Part shown: positions 29,290-39,386 of the stretch, piece after piece
How positions within the stretch are numbered: position 1 is the stretch's first letter
Layout: each line of letters starts with the position of its first letter
Origin: Candidatus Melainabacteria bacterium 17Bon1m
GTDB lineage: Bacteria; Cyanobacteriota; Vampirovibrionia; Obscuribacterales; Obscuribacteraceae
Assembly: GCA_032128875.1 (NCBI GenBank)
Contig: JAVLKG010000001.1
Location: 320,001-384,000, forward strand
Direction: 5' to 3'
DNA: 64,000 nt
Made by a program: the position numbers and the translations under genes
The notes under the pieces: model-generated
Databases searched by the model: none
Told to the model about the DNA's origin: nothing
What the model saw: only the letters and a program-made list of their open reading frames with translations

Positions 29290-29314
29290 GACCTGAATAG
29301 GACCTTTTAGTTCC
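29290..29314 (-). promoter_or_regulatory. Putative ECF promoter GGAAC-N17-GTC
   Basis: Upstream of the hemerythrin gene. Confidence 0.65.
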
Positions 29315-29650
29315 AGAAAATGGCGATTTTGTTCAGTCAGGCTTTGCGCAAATGAACCGGATTTTCGCTCCAATTGAAGTTTCCTCTTCTAGCCCTTGTG
29401 TCTGGATCCGGTCACTTGCAAAAACGGTTAAGAGTAATGGTGATGCACCATAGGCGGTGGCGCGCGCTTAAAGAGAACTGTTCTGTGTCCGGATGGCGTA
29501 TCAACAAGGCTCTCAAGGTCCAGCGGTACCGCACAAAACGCAATATTTGCTCACGCGGGATATAGCCATAAGTATATCGATTGCCTTATTATCGTCACTT
29601 AATTTTGGCCGCTGTGTCGCAGTTACCTCTCGTACATAAGGGTTTTACTT

Positions 29651-31858
29651 ATGACTAGTTTGTTTATTTCCCGACAGACAACCAGAGCGCTTTCTTTTCT
29701 TTTTGCGCTAACCTTTTCACTTCAAACTTCTGCCTCTTATGCCAAAGATTTGCCGAGTGTCGGAGATTGGGATAAAGGCACCCAAGCCGCAGGTGAGCCG
29801 CCTGCCAACGCCGGAAATGGCGGTGAATTGCACCAGACCAATGTCAACCTGCCTCCGTTGACTACTGATTTGGGGACACCCATCTCCGATGACCAGAATT
29901 CGCTAAAAGCAGGTTCTCGAGGTCCGACTTTAATGGAGGACATGCCTGCAAGGGAAAAAATATTCCACTTCGACCATGAGCGAATTCCTGAAAGGGTGGT
30001 GCATGCAAGAGGTTTTGGTGCTCATGGTTTTTTTGAAAATTACAGACCCTTAAGCGATGTGACCAAAGCTGACCTCTTTCAAAAAGCCGGGGAAAAGACA
30101 CCTGTTTTTGTAAGATTCTCGACGGTAATTGGTCAAAAGGGTTCGTTCGATTTGGCTCGCGATGTTCGTGGTTTTGCGACAAAATTTTATACAAAGCAGG
30201 GCAACTGGGATCTTGTCGGCAACAACATTCCAGTCTTCTTTATTCAAGATGGCGTGAAATTTCCAGATCTGGTTCATGCAGCTAAGCCCGAGCCTCAGCA
30301 TGAAATTCCACAGGCGGCGACAGCGCACGATAACCTTTGGGACTTCATATCGCTTATGCCCGAATCAATGCACATGATTATGTGGGCAATGTCAGATCGC
30401 GCTATTCCGCGCTCTTACAGATTTATGGAAGGTTTCGGTGTTCACACATTCCGTATGGTGAATGCACAGGGCAAGAGCACTTTCGTGAAGTTTCACTGGA
30501 AGCCAAAACTTGGTATGCAGTCAGTTCTCTGGAATGAAGCCGTCAAAATCAATGGAGCCGATCCAGACTTTCACAGGAGAGATTTGTACGAAGCCATTGA
30601 GCGAGGCGACTATCCTGAGTGGGAACTAGGCATGCAACTCTTCGATGAAGAGTTTGCTCGCAAGTTTGACTTCGATGTTTTGGATGCAACCAAAGATATC
30701 CCTGAAGAGCTGATACCTGTGCAAAAGGTCGGAAGGCTGGTTTTAAATCGAAATGCAGACAACTTCTTTGCGGAGACCGAGCAGGTTGCTTTTTGTACTC
30801 AGAACATTGTTCCAGGTATCGATTTCACCAACGATCCTCTTCTGCAGTTGCGCAACTTCTCTTATTTAGATACGCAGTTAAAGAGGCTGGGATCACCTAA
30901 TTTCACTCAGTTGCCCATCAATGCTCCCAAATGTCCATTTTTCAACTTTCAGCAAGATGGACATATGGCGATGAATAATCCTAAAGGGCGGGTGAATTAT
31001 GAACCTAATTCTTGGGGTGGTCCGAGAGAAGTTCCGGAAGCCGGTCTTCAATCATTTCCCGAACCGATGCAGGGCGTGAAGGAAAGAAAGCGATCGGAAA
31101 CTTTTGCCGATCATTACAGCCAAGCAAGACAGTTTTATATTAGCCAGACACCTACGGAGCAGGGACATATCGCTGATGCCCTGGTCTTCGAGCTGTCTAA
31201 AGTGAAGAAGGCGTTGATTCGAGAAAGAATGGTAGCTCACCTAGAAAATATTGATAAGGATCTTGCGGGCAAAGTAGCTACAGGGCTCGGTATGAAAAAT
31301 CTGCCTGCACCTGCGAAGGCTGCAAGACCAACAAAGATGGATCTGCCGGCGTCTCCCAAGCTAAGCATTATTCTCAACGGTCCTAAGAGCTTTAAGGGAC
31401 GCAAGTTGGGCGTTGTGCTCACCGATGGAGCAGACGCAAAAGTATTCAACGGGCTAAAAGCTGCTGTTGCTGCTGAAGGCGCCGCACTCGAGGTGGTGGC
31501 TCCCACTATTGGCGGTGTCAACCTCAGCGATGGATCGCACGTCAACGCAGACCATAAGATTGATGGTGCACCATCGGTTCTGTTTGATGCCGTAGCGCTT
31601 GTGTTGTCGCAGCCAGGGGCGGAAAAGCTTGCTGGTGAATCAACCGCAAAAGACTTTGTCTCTGATGCTTATGCACACTGCAAGTTCATCGGCTTCACTG
31701 CTCCAGCAATGATTTTGTTTGACAAAGCAGGATTGAGCAAGTCTGTTGATGCAGGGTTTGTTCCTCTGGGGCAAGGAAAAGGCGCCAATGACTTCATCGC
31801 CTCTTGCAGGGGAGTTAGACTCTGGGCTCGTGAACCCAAGGTGAAGATGTCCAGATAA
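29651..31858 (+). CDS. katE: Large-subunit catalase (HPII type) with apparent signal peptide
   Basis: [30 protein letters not shown] heme ligand, C-terminal GATase/DJ-1-like domain. Confidence 0.95.
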   Translation: MTSLFISRQTTRALSFLFALTFSLQTSASYAKDLPSVGDWDKGTQAAGEPPANAGNGGELHQTNVNLPPLTTDLGTPISDDQNSLKAGSRGPTLMEDMPAREKIFHFDHERIPERVVHARGFGAHGFFENYRPLSDVTKADLFQKAGEKTPVFVRFSTVIGQKGSFDLARDVRGFATKFYTKQGNWDLVGNNIPVFFIQDGVKFPDLVHAAKPEPQHEIPQAATAHDNLWDFISLMPESMHMIMWAMSDRAIPRSYRFMEGFGVHTFRMVNAQGKSTFVKFHWKPKLGMQSVLWNEAVKINGADPDFHRRDLYEAIERGDYPEWELGMQLFDEEFARKFDFDVLDATKDIPEELIPVQKVGRLVLNRNADNFFAETEQVAFCTQNIVPGIDFTNDPLLQLRNFSYLDTQLKRLGSPNFTQLPINAPKCPFFNFQQDGHMAMNNPKGRVNYEPNSWGGPREVPEAGLQSFPEPMQGVKERKRSETFADHYSQARQFYISQTPTEQGHIADALVFELSKVKKALIRERMVAHLENIDKDLAGKVATGLGMKNLPAPAKAARPTKMDLPASPKLSIILNGPKSFKGRKLGVVLTDGADAKVFNGLKAAVAAEGAALEVVAPTIGGVNLSDGSHVNADHKIDGAPSVLFDAVALVLSQPGAEKLAGESTAKDFVSDAYAHCKFIGFTAPAMILFDKAGLSKSVDAGFVPLGQGKGANDFIASCRGVRLWAREPKVKMSR

Positions 31859-31887
31859 TCACCACAAGCGTGGAAAACAATGAAAGG

Positions 31888-31918
31888 AGCGAAGGTTGAC
31901 CTCTACCTTCGCTTTTTC
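31888..31918 (+). terminator. Rho-independent terminator after katE
   Basis: GCGAAGGT-N8-ACCTTCGC followed by TTTTT. Confidence 0.75.
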
Positions 31919-31971
31919 TTTGCTGGAAGCACCAACAATTATGAAGCGAAAAACGAGTTCGAGCATCCAGC

Positions 31972-33054
31972 CTAGGCTTTCATCAACAGTTGTTTTTCGG
32001 CAACCTTGATTGCTACACCCATTTGTTCTGCGGACTGCCATCTTTCCAACGGATCTTTGGCAAGTGCTTTCATTACAATCGCTGAAACAACCGTCGGTAC
32101 AGACTTTGAGTCAAGCGGTTTTGGCGCTTGATTCATATGTTGCATGATGGTCATGAAATCGTTGTTGCCTGTGAAAGGTGGTGCGCCGGTGAGGCACTCA
32201 TATAAGACACAGCCTAGCGAATAAATATCCGCAGACACTGTTGATTGACGAGAGCTTGCATAATCCGGAGCAAGATATGCTGCACATCCATAAAGACTGC
32301 ATGTAATTGTCGCTATTTTGTCCCACTCAAGTCCGCGGAAAACACGTTCTGCCACAGCAAAGTCGCAGACTCTTGCTCGAACTATGTCACCAGACTTTTC
32401 TAGAAATATATTCGATGGTTTTAGATCTCCGTGCACAACTCCCCGTTCGTGTGCATATTGAAGGGCGGCACAAATATCACCAGCTATCGCCAAAGTGTCT
32501 TGCGGCGTAGGAAGTTGGTCTTTGTCTATAAGTGTGGAAAGTTGGTGCCCATTAGTGTGTTCGTACACTGTAAAAGGGCGAATGCATTTGTGGGTTTTGT
32601 CATCGTAAGTGCCGTAAGCGAGCGAGCTGACAATGTTTTCGTGAGCGAGTGGTAGCGCAAGCCTTGCCCCCTCTAAATATTTTTTCTCTGATTTTTCATC
32701 ACACATCAACGGGCTGAGTAAAACTTTCACAACCACCGAAGTACCAGCATTTGTGCAATAAGCTTCGTAGGCATCACACATGGAACCGCTACTAATCGTC
32801 TTCTTGCAAATGAGATTCCATTTCGAGCCGTCAGGTCGAGTTGCAGAAAAAGAAGAAATCGGTTGAGGTGTTTGTTGTTCGTGCAGCGGAGGATTTTTAT
32901 AGGCGAGAAGAGTCTCGTCGTATATGCACACAAACGTTTTTTCCCTGTACAAGCGCTTGCACTTCGGGCAAATCTTCACGGGAGGACCCTGCTGTTCTCT
33001 CTTGGCTTGCAAATCGGCATTGTTGTTATCTCTGCTCCAGAAGAATTCAAACAT
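31972..33054 (-). CDS. Ser/Thr protein kinase, divergent, with N-terminal zinc-ribbon-like segment
   Basis: CPKC; VVVKVL, HGDLKPSN, DFA, YLAPD, DIYSLG. Confidence 0.88.
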   Translation of the reverse strand: MFEFFWSRDNNNADLQAKREQQGPPVKICPKCKRLYREKTFVCIYDETLLAYKNPPLHEQQTPQPISSFSATRPDGSKWNLICKKTISSGSMCDAYEAYCTNAGTSVVVKVLLSPLMCDEKSEKKYLEGARLALPLAHENIVSSLAYGTYDDKTHKCIRPFTVYEHTNGHQLSTLIDKDQLPTPQDTLAIAGDICAALQYAHERGVVHGDLKPSNIFLEKSGDIVRARVCDFAVAERVFRGLEWDKIATITCSLYGCAAYLAPDYASSRQSTVSADIYSLGCVLYECLTGAPPFTGNNDFMTIMQHMNQAPKPLDSKSVPTVVSAIVMKALAKDPLERWQSAEQMGVAIKVAEKQLLMKA

Positions 33055-33188
33055 TTGTCAGCCTCCCCGAAACGGGCCCCTGGATTACCCCTTTATTCCC
33101 AGGCGAAGGCAGTTAATCTTCAAAATGGCGGACAATACATCAAAGCTTCATTGTGAGGCTCAAGAATTGATTTTAGTTTTTCTCGTCG

Positions 33189-34787
33189 TTAAACTGCGGC
33201 TGGCTCTTTTTCCGGATGTGTATTATGTCCGTGCACCGGCGTCGGCGCGGCAGATAGTGCTGGGCGACTATGGCGCGAGCGACGCTTGCTGCGGAACATC
33301 GCGCGCAATTCGCCCCAGTCCATAACAAGCGTTCCACCGGTGGATTCGTGTTGTTTTTCCCAATCAATTATCAATTCCAAGCATGCGTGATCGACGTAGT
33401 CCAGCTCGTCCATGCATACATGCAATTCAGTATTGGCCGGAACCGAGTCCAAAGCGTCGGCGAGAATCGGCAAACTCAAAAAGGTTGCCGCGCCGCGCAG
33501 ATGCAAAATTGATTTTGTTTCGCTGCGATCAATGGTTATGTTCAGGCGAGTCATCGTGTAGACAAGCTTCACCACGGACATTGCTACACCGAGAGCCACT
33601 CCGACCAGCAAATCGGTGGAAATAATTGCGATTGTCGTGACTGCGTAAACACCTACCAAGCGTGGACCGAAATCCCAGAGCTTGCGAATTGCTTTGAAGT
33701 CGATGAGTTTGAATCCAGTGAATAAGAGTAGCGCTGCAAGGGTTGCAACCGGCACCATTCGCAGGACGTTCGGAAATACTACCACCGCGATCAAAAGCCA
33801 AACGCCGTGCAGGATTGCAGAACGATTTGTTTTTGCGCCGCTCATTACATTAACGCTGCTGCGAGCAATGACGCCCGTCATCGGCAGCGCGCCAATGAGA
33901 CCGCATATCGTGTTGCCGACCCCTTGGGCGATCAATTCTTTGTCGTATTTTGTACGCGGTCCACGATGCAGTTTGTCCACGGCTGCCGCGCTGAGCAATG
34001 TTTCGGCGCTGGCGATAATTGCCAGCACGACTGAGAATCTAGCGATAGACCACGGATCCAATTTTGAAATTTCCGCGAAATTCAAAAACTGAACTCCACT
34101 GAAAATACTTTCTGGCAAAGGAATTGTCTTTAGCGGTAAATGTAAAAGACTTGTTGTTATGGTTGCTGTTACTACTGCTACGAGCGCGCCCGGAATGGAA
34201 GCGAGCTTGCCCTTCGCAAACTTCATCCACAGGACTAAAACAACAATGGTCAAAACGCCGATGTTGACTGATTCTAGTGCCGTTGTCGTCGGATCGAGAA
34301 TATTGGCGATGAGGTCTGGAATGTGCTTGATGTTGTGCAGAGCGTGCGCTTTAGGATGCAGAGCGCCGATGACATAAAGTTGGCTGAGTATGAGTGTGAT
34401 GCCGATGCCCGACATCATTCCGTTGATCACTGCCGGTGATACCGCGCGGAAAATCTGTGCGATGCGTGCTAGACCCATGCAAAGCTGCAAAAGTCCCGCG
34501 CTGACTAAAATAATTGCGAGTCCGGAAAGCCCATGATTACTGACGATTTCGTAGACGAGAACTGTCAGTCCGGCAGCGGGTCCGCTAATTTGCAGAGGGC
34601 TTCCTGTGATAAAACCGATGATGCAGCCACCAACAATACCTGTGAGGATTCCTTTTTCTACCGGCACGCCGGACGCGAGCGCAATGCCCATGCAGAGCGG
34701 CATTGCCATTAGAAAAACTACAAGCGAAGCAAGAAAATCTTTTGTGATTGATTCTCTAGTCGTCACGTGTGGGTTCCATCGAAACAT
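33189..34787 (-). CDS. SulP/SLC26 anion transporter with STAS domain
   Basis: PLCMGIALASG, ISGPAAG, ELIAQGVGN, TGVIARS, LDYVDHA; GGAGG SD. Confidence 0.93.
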   Translation of the reverse strand: MFRWNPHVTTRESITKDFLASLVVFLMAMPLCMGIALASGVPVEKGILTGIVGGCIIGFITGSPLQISGPAAGLTVLVYEIVSNHGLSGLAIILVSAGLLQLCMGLARIAQIFRAVSPAVINGMMSGIGITLILSQLYVIGALHPKAHALHNIKHIPDLIANILDPTTTALESVNIGVLTIVVLVLWMKFAKGKLASIPGALVAVVTATITTSLLHLPLKTIPLPESIFSGVQFLNFAEISKLDPWSIARFSVVLAIIASAETLLSAAAVDKLHRGPRTKYDKELIAQGVGNTICGLIGALPMTGVIARSSVNVMSGAKTNRSAILHGVWLLIAVVVFPNVLRMVPVATLAALLLFTGFKLIDFKAIRKLWDFGPRLVGVYAVTTIAIISTDLLVGVALGVAMSVVKLVYTMTRLNITIDRSETKSILHLRGAATFLSLPILADALDSVPANTELHVCMDELDYVDHACLELIIDWEKQHESTGGTLVMDWGELRAMFRSKRRSRHSRPALSAAPTPVHGHNTHPEKEPAAV

Positions 34788-35040
34788 GGTGGACCTCCCA
34801 TAGTGGTGGCGAGTTAAAACGAGATGCCGAGGCACCTAGAGTCGGTTATATAGGGATAGGCCAGGAACTCGGTCGGGTTTCCTAAGGCGTATTCTGCCTG
34901 TGCAAGGTCAACCGCTTTCGCGGTTTGCTGTTCTGGTGTTGCTCGGCCATCCGCAAATGGTGGTCCGGGCGGGACACTAGCCGTACCTGTCAGCCAATTT
35001 AATTGGTTGCTTGGGCGGGCGTATTTGTTACCCAATTACC

Positions 35041-35202
35041 TTACCTCAAAAAGGGCTCCTTGGCAAGCGAAATTTCTGAAAGCTTGTGGCTGAAAGCTTT
35101 GCGGAGATCTTCTTCAGAAGCCGCTGCTATCAGCAATGTGAGCGAAATTACGCCGGCGCCGAGAATGCGCCTTAAATTAGTTTCGATAGTTTGAGCAAAC
35201 AT
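35041..35202 (-). CDS. Possible small protein (53 aa) MFAQTIETNLRRILGAGVISLTLLIAA...
   Basis: Manual translation; one hydrophobic stretch; below the ORF-track cutoff. Confidence 0.3.
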   Translation of the reverse strand: MFAQTIETNLRRILGAGVISLTLLIAAASEEDLRKAFSHKLSEISLAKEPFLR

Positions 35203-35445
35203 AAAATAGAAAGGTAATTGTCAGCACCATATACGGTGTCGCAATTGTTATGCAGTCGCTTTAGCAATTATCAAGTTGGAAGTGCAAGTTGTGCGCAAGT
35301 TTTAAACCAATTTCCAGGTTGGTTACACGCAAGTGTGATTGCAATCTTTTCAGCCCGCGGTTAAGGAGTTATGAAAGTAGAAAGAACTCATCGCTCGAGT
35401 TTTGCGTTGCTGCCGCTCGCGATTCGTGGTGTTTTTTCCAAACAA

Positions 35446-35472
35446 AAAGAGCATCTCGCTGGAGATGCTCTT
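35446..35472 (-). terminator. Terminator downstream of the tRNA pair
   Basis: AAGAGCATCTC/GAGATGCTCTT stem followed by a T-run on the minus strand. Confidence 0.75.
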
Positions 35473-35478
35473 CGAAAG

Positions 35479-35553
35479 TGGTGGGTCATGGTGGATTCGA
35501 ACCACCAACCAATTGCTTAAGAGGCAACTGCTCTGCCGTTGAGCTAATGACCC
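35479..35553 (-). tRNA. tRNA-Lys(CTT), CCA encoded
   Basis: GGGTCATTAGCTCAACGGCAGAGCAGTTGCCT-CTT-AAGCAATTGGTTGGTGGTTCGAATCCACCATGACCCACCA folds as a cloverleaf. Confidence 0.95.
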
Positions 35554-35571
35554 TTGCGATGGGGAAAAATT

Positions 35572-35644
35572 CGCGCTCGGTTGGATTCGAACCAACGACA
35601 ACCCGCTTAGAAGGCGGGGGCTCTATCCACTGAGCTACGAGCGC
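35572..35644 (-). tRNA. tRNA-Arg(TCT), no encoded CCA
   Basis: GCGCTCGTAGCTCAGTGGATAGAGCCCCCGCCT-TCT-AAGCGGGTTGTCGTTGGTTCGAATCCAACCGAGCGCG. Confidence 0.95.
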
Positions 35645-36026
35645 CCGAATCCGCATCGCGTGAGAGACATTAGGTTACCAGATATACCGGTGGTCTCGGC
35701 GCCTGCGGACGTTCATTATAACGTAGTCCCTTAATCTCTCGAAACATCGCGCCGAAAACTAAGGATAGGTCTGGGTTTTCGCTTTCAAGGGGATGAAAAC
35801 GTCTACCAAAAGCACGCAGAAGTCTATTTGACGCGACTCCGGCAATGATGTTCCGGTTGTAAATGCGGGCGATGCCGGGCGCTGCGATTTTGCTCCCGGC
35901 AACCCCCAACATAGATAAGGCCTTCTATACTGTATACGGAGGCTGTGGTCGCCTACGGGTGCCTCGGTCGCCGGAGTGGGGCAGCAGACCGATTGATTCG
36001 GATCTTGACTTCAAGGAGCTTTAGCT

Positions 36027-38396
36027 CTGAATAGCAAAATTGAAGCCAGGCAATATGCCGGATCGGTTGGTGTAATCATCGACCGGACGTCGTCGAACGA
36101 CGAAGTTTTGGCGACTTGCTGGCTTATCGATGACGACAAGGTCGCTACAACCGCGCACTCCATCATTCTTTTTACAGATTACCTCGAAGCGCTCAAGATT
36201 CGTTTTCCCTGCTCAGGTGAGGAGCGGGGCGTTTCTAAAGCGATGTTTCACCCGCGTTTTAGTCGCTCTTCCACGACACAAATGGCTACCCAAGCCATGA
36301 CGGAGTATTTGCCGCAGGTTTCTTTGCAAAAGAACAATGCTGTAGTCCTCGTTACTCGCCCGACCTTACCAGACCTGAGTATCGATACCATCGCCAAGCT
36401 GATTCAGAAGAACAGCGTGCCACAGGCTGCTCTCGAGCAAGGCATGGGTGGTTCACTTGCGGAGTTGGATTTGGCGATGGTGCTGCAAACTATCACCAAT
36501 GCTCGCAAAGAGGGCATTCTCGTCATTACCGATGAGCGCAATCGCACCATCGCGCGCATCTTCTGCCAAGAAGGAAAGGTGCTACACGCCCAGTACGGTG
36601 GGCTTCTCAACGAATACGCGCTGTATCAAATTTTTGAATCAAGGATGGACGGTAACTTCCATTTCCGTTCGGCGAAGAGTCCTGATTGGCTTTCACGCAG
36701 ACCTATTCAACGTCCTGCCGATATGCTGCTTATCGAATCCCATCGTCGATACGATGAATTGCCAAAGTTGCAGCAAGAAATTGGCGGAGCGGATTCGCTC
36801 TGGCAGCGTGTCTCGCCTGAACTAAATACGAATAATCTTACAGGTGATTCACTCGAACGCGCGAAGCTTCTCTGGCCTGTGCTCGATGGAGTTACGCCTG
36901 CAAATGAGCTCTGGCGCCTGGCTGGGCTGGATGATTATTCTGTTTTTCAAACGATAGCTGAACTGCGGCATCTCATGCAGATCAACCTTCAGCCTGCCAA
37001 CCAAAGTCCGTATAACCGCAAGGCGGTGCCGATTCCCGTCGCCATTCAAGTTCAACTCAAACCTTATGACGAGATCGAAAGTCTCACTGTCGAGCCTCTC
37101 GAGGCCAAGCCGTTTGTTCGCAAGGGAAGTTTGCTAGGTAGTCTTCGTGAAGCAGATCCGAATCACTTGGTTCACAATCTGGTGCTTTCGCCCGAATCAT
37201 CGGGCTGTCCGATGTTTAAAGATGGCCATGTCATAGGCATGCATTGCGGATCGCTGCCTCCCGAGCCGGATACAAGCGACGGCACCAGGTTGCAGCAGAT
37301 GCTTTGGGTCGACGTGATTGTGCAATGCCTGGTTCAAGGCGGTGAGGCGACACTCGCGCGCAAGTTGAGCCAAAGTGCTATCGACATTCCAAAACCCGCG
37401 GCGGGCGCACCTGTGCCAAAAGCGGGTTGTACCGAAGTGGCTCGTGTAAACTGCTCTAAGTGCGGAGCGTCGCACTTGGAGTCTTCGCGGTTCTGCAAAA
37501 CCTGCGGTCAGAAACTGATATCGGATATCGAGTACAAGCCTCGGAAGGCAGCATTTGTGAACAGTACGCTGATTATGGTCCTCCTCCTGCTTGGCATAAG
37601 TGTGGGCACTGTTATGGTTTTAGCGCGTGCTCCCCAACCAAACATTTTGCCGCCTGAATATGTAATGAAGCCTGAAATCCCATGGGTGACGCTCGAAGGT
37701 AAGTACAACGACCCACGGCGCGCTAAGGAAAACGTCTTCCAGCGCTACCAGCCAGGCGTGACACTGCGTAATGGCACGAATTTCTACATGAAAGTCAATG
37801 TGGATGAGCCTTCCTACATTTACGTTTTCCATCAATCCAGCTCTGGCGGCGATATAGACACGCTTTTCCCGCCTTCGCAGGAAGACATCTCAAAAGAAGA
37901 AGCCGCGAATGCCGCAGCCAAGGCTGGAAAAACGGGTAAGAATGATAGCGGTGCAAAGGATCTTAAGCCTGCTAAGTCCGTCCCTGTGTCCGATTCGGGT
38001 CGTAAACATGCGGAAGAATATTCCCTTTCCGCGGGCGACTATTTCACCTGTCCATCAAATCTCGAGACCAGTTTTGCGAATATTCAGGTTAAGCAGCAGC
38101 AGAATGTTCTGCACGACTGCTACGCGCTGGGTGAGCCGGCGGGTGCTGAGACGTTCATAGCCGTCTCCAGCCATTCCCCGTTTGCAATTTACGGCGACCA
38201 GGAGGCTACAAACGCCTTCTTTGCCAAGGCTGCAGACTTTTTGAAGAAGCACGAACCAAATTCTGGAATAGAAATTGAAGCGGACCTCCTAAAATCCGGG
38301 CTGCTATCTGTAGAGAAGAAGAGTTCAAGTTCAGCGCTACAGGACCGCCCGCGCAGCAAGGTTTTTCTGACCAAACTAGCAGTCCTACACAAATAA
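36027..38396 (+). CDS. Membrane protein: split trypsin-like domain / DUF4388 / zinc ribbon / TM / DUF4384-like
   Basis: TTAH...HPRF; GSLAELDLAMVLQ...G.L (DUF4388); ESSGCPMF..GHVIGMH; CSKC/CKTC; TM; YIYVF...LFP...GAETF. The frame is open back to CTG 36027 after an AAGGAG SD; ORF-track start is 36108. Confidence 0.82.
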   Translation: MNSKIEARQYAGSVGVIIDRTSSNDEVLATCWLIDDDKVATTAHSIILFTDYLEALKIRFPCSGEERGVSKAMFHPRFSRSSTTQMATQAMTEYLPQVSLQKNNAVVLVTRPTLPDLSIDTIAKLIQKNSVPQAALEQGMGGSLAELDLAMVLQTITNARKEGILVITDERNRTIARIFCQEGKVLHAQYGGLLNEYALYQIFESRMDGNFHFRSAKSPDWLSRRPIQRPADMLLIESHRRYDELPKLQQEIGGADSLWQRVSPELNTNNLTGDSLERAKLLWPVLDGVTPANELWRLAGLDDYSVFQTIAELRHLMQINLQPANQSPYNRKAVPIPVAIQVQLKPYDEIESLTVEPLEAKPFVRKGSLLGSLREADPNHLVHNLVLSPESSGCPMFKDGHVIGMHCGSLPPEPDTSDGTRLQQMLWVDVIVQCLVQGGEATLARKLSQSAIDIPKPAAGAPVPKAGCTEVARVNCSKCGASHLESSRFCKTCGQKLISDIEYKPRKAAFVNSTLIMVLLLLGISVGTVMVLARAPQPNILPPEYVMKPEIPWVTLEGKYNDPRRAKENVFQRYQPGVTLRNGTNFYMKVNVDEPSYIYVFHQSSSGGDIDTLFPPSQEDISKEEAANAAAKAGKTGKNDSGAKDLKPAKSVPVSDSGRKHAEEYSLSAGDYFTCPSNLETSFANIQVKQQQNVLHDCYALGEPAGAETFIAVSSHSPFAIYGDQEATNAFFAKAADFLKKHEPNSGIEIEADLLKSGLLSVEKKSSSSALQDRPRSKVFLTKLAVLHK

Positions 38397-38435
38397 ATCG
38401 CTTGTGCAAGAATGAAAGCAGATGGAGGATTAGTA

Positions 38436-39386
38436 ATGAATTTCCGTAGAACCCTTCCAGTGGCACTCTGTGCCTTGATAACGGCGGCGCTGCCGGCGTT
38501 TTCGGCGGGGCCGGCTGACAACGTCGTACCGGGTCCGAAGGACCTGTTCCGGACCCAACTGAGCAACCAGAAGGAAGAATCCAATACTGGCGTCCAGTAC
38601 TGGATCGAGTTGAAGCGCGGGTCCGAGCACATGAAGGTCAGCAACAAGTATCCGTTCAAGACGGGCGATCAGGTACGCTTTCACGTCATACCTAATATAG
38701 ATGGTTATGCGTACGTCCTCCTGAAGAACGGCAGCCGCGGCGAGCGTGCTGTGCTCTTCCCCAACGAGCGGATGCATGAAGACAATCATGTTGCCCACGG
38801 TCGCGACGTAATGATTCCCGGCGACGGCACTTACTTGCAGTTCGACGAAAATCCCGGCACTGAGCAGCTTTCGCTTGTAGTCTCTCGCGCTCCGATTAAT
38901 GCCACTGCTTACCTCGATCAGCAAAGTGCGCCAGTAATGATCGCGTCTTCGGAAGGCGGCAGTAAGGATTTGATTCCAACTAAAGTCTATGTGTCATACG
39001 GCGTGCCGCATGGCAGACCAATTGGCGAGAAGGAAGAGCTGATTGCTGCTTCCGTTCCTGATAAGAAAAACCCGGAGACTGCTAATTCATCGAGCTCATC
39101 CGGTTCGAAGAAGCCCTCGAAGAAGCCCGTGGTTGCTAAGAAAGCGCCTGTTGTGAAAGAGGAAAAGGAAAAAAACACCTCTACAACTACAGTGTCACGC
39201 CACTCCAGTAGTCGTTCTTCGCGCACGGAGCGCAGTGAGCGTCTGATTGCTCAAAAGCCGCATGTCACCAAAGACGTGTTCAAAGGGCAGGTTTCGGTGG
39301 ACGCTGAAGGCGACCCGTCAGTGACGACGGTTGTTTTCCAAGGCACTGGTGCCTTGCAAGTTGACGTCGCTCTCGACCACAACTAG
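38436..39386 (+). CDS. Secreted DUF4384-like protein
   Basis: Signal peptide; FKTGDQVRF, DGYAYV, VLFP, PGTEQLSLVVS; GGAGG SD. Confidence 0.85.
   Translation: MNFRRTLPVALCALITAALPAFSAGPADNVVPGPKDLFRTQLSNQKEESNTGVQYWIELKRGSEHMKVSNKYPFKTGDQVRFHVIPNIDGYAYVLLKNGSRGERAVLFPNERMHEDNHVAHGRDVMIPGDGTYLQFDENPGTEQLSLVVSRAPINATAYLDQQSAPVMIASSEGGSKDLIPTKVYVSYGVPHGRPIGEKEELIAASVPDKKNPETANSSSSSGSKKPSKKPVVAKKAPVVKEEKEKNTSTTTVSRHSSSRSSRTERSERLIAQKPHVTKDVFKGQVSVDAEGDPSVTTVVFQGTGALQVDVALDHN

Noticed and set aside
29474-29499. ECF promoter for katE (AGAAC-N17-GCGT)
   Set aside because: Mismatches in both boxes; too weak to count in the regulon
33189-34787. SulP-carbonic anhydrase fusion or operon
   Set aside because: The C-terminus is STAS-like only and no carbonic anhydrase motifs are nearby
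35479-35644. tRNA-anchored genomic island
   Set aside because: No integrase, and I saw no duplicated tRNA 3' end in the window
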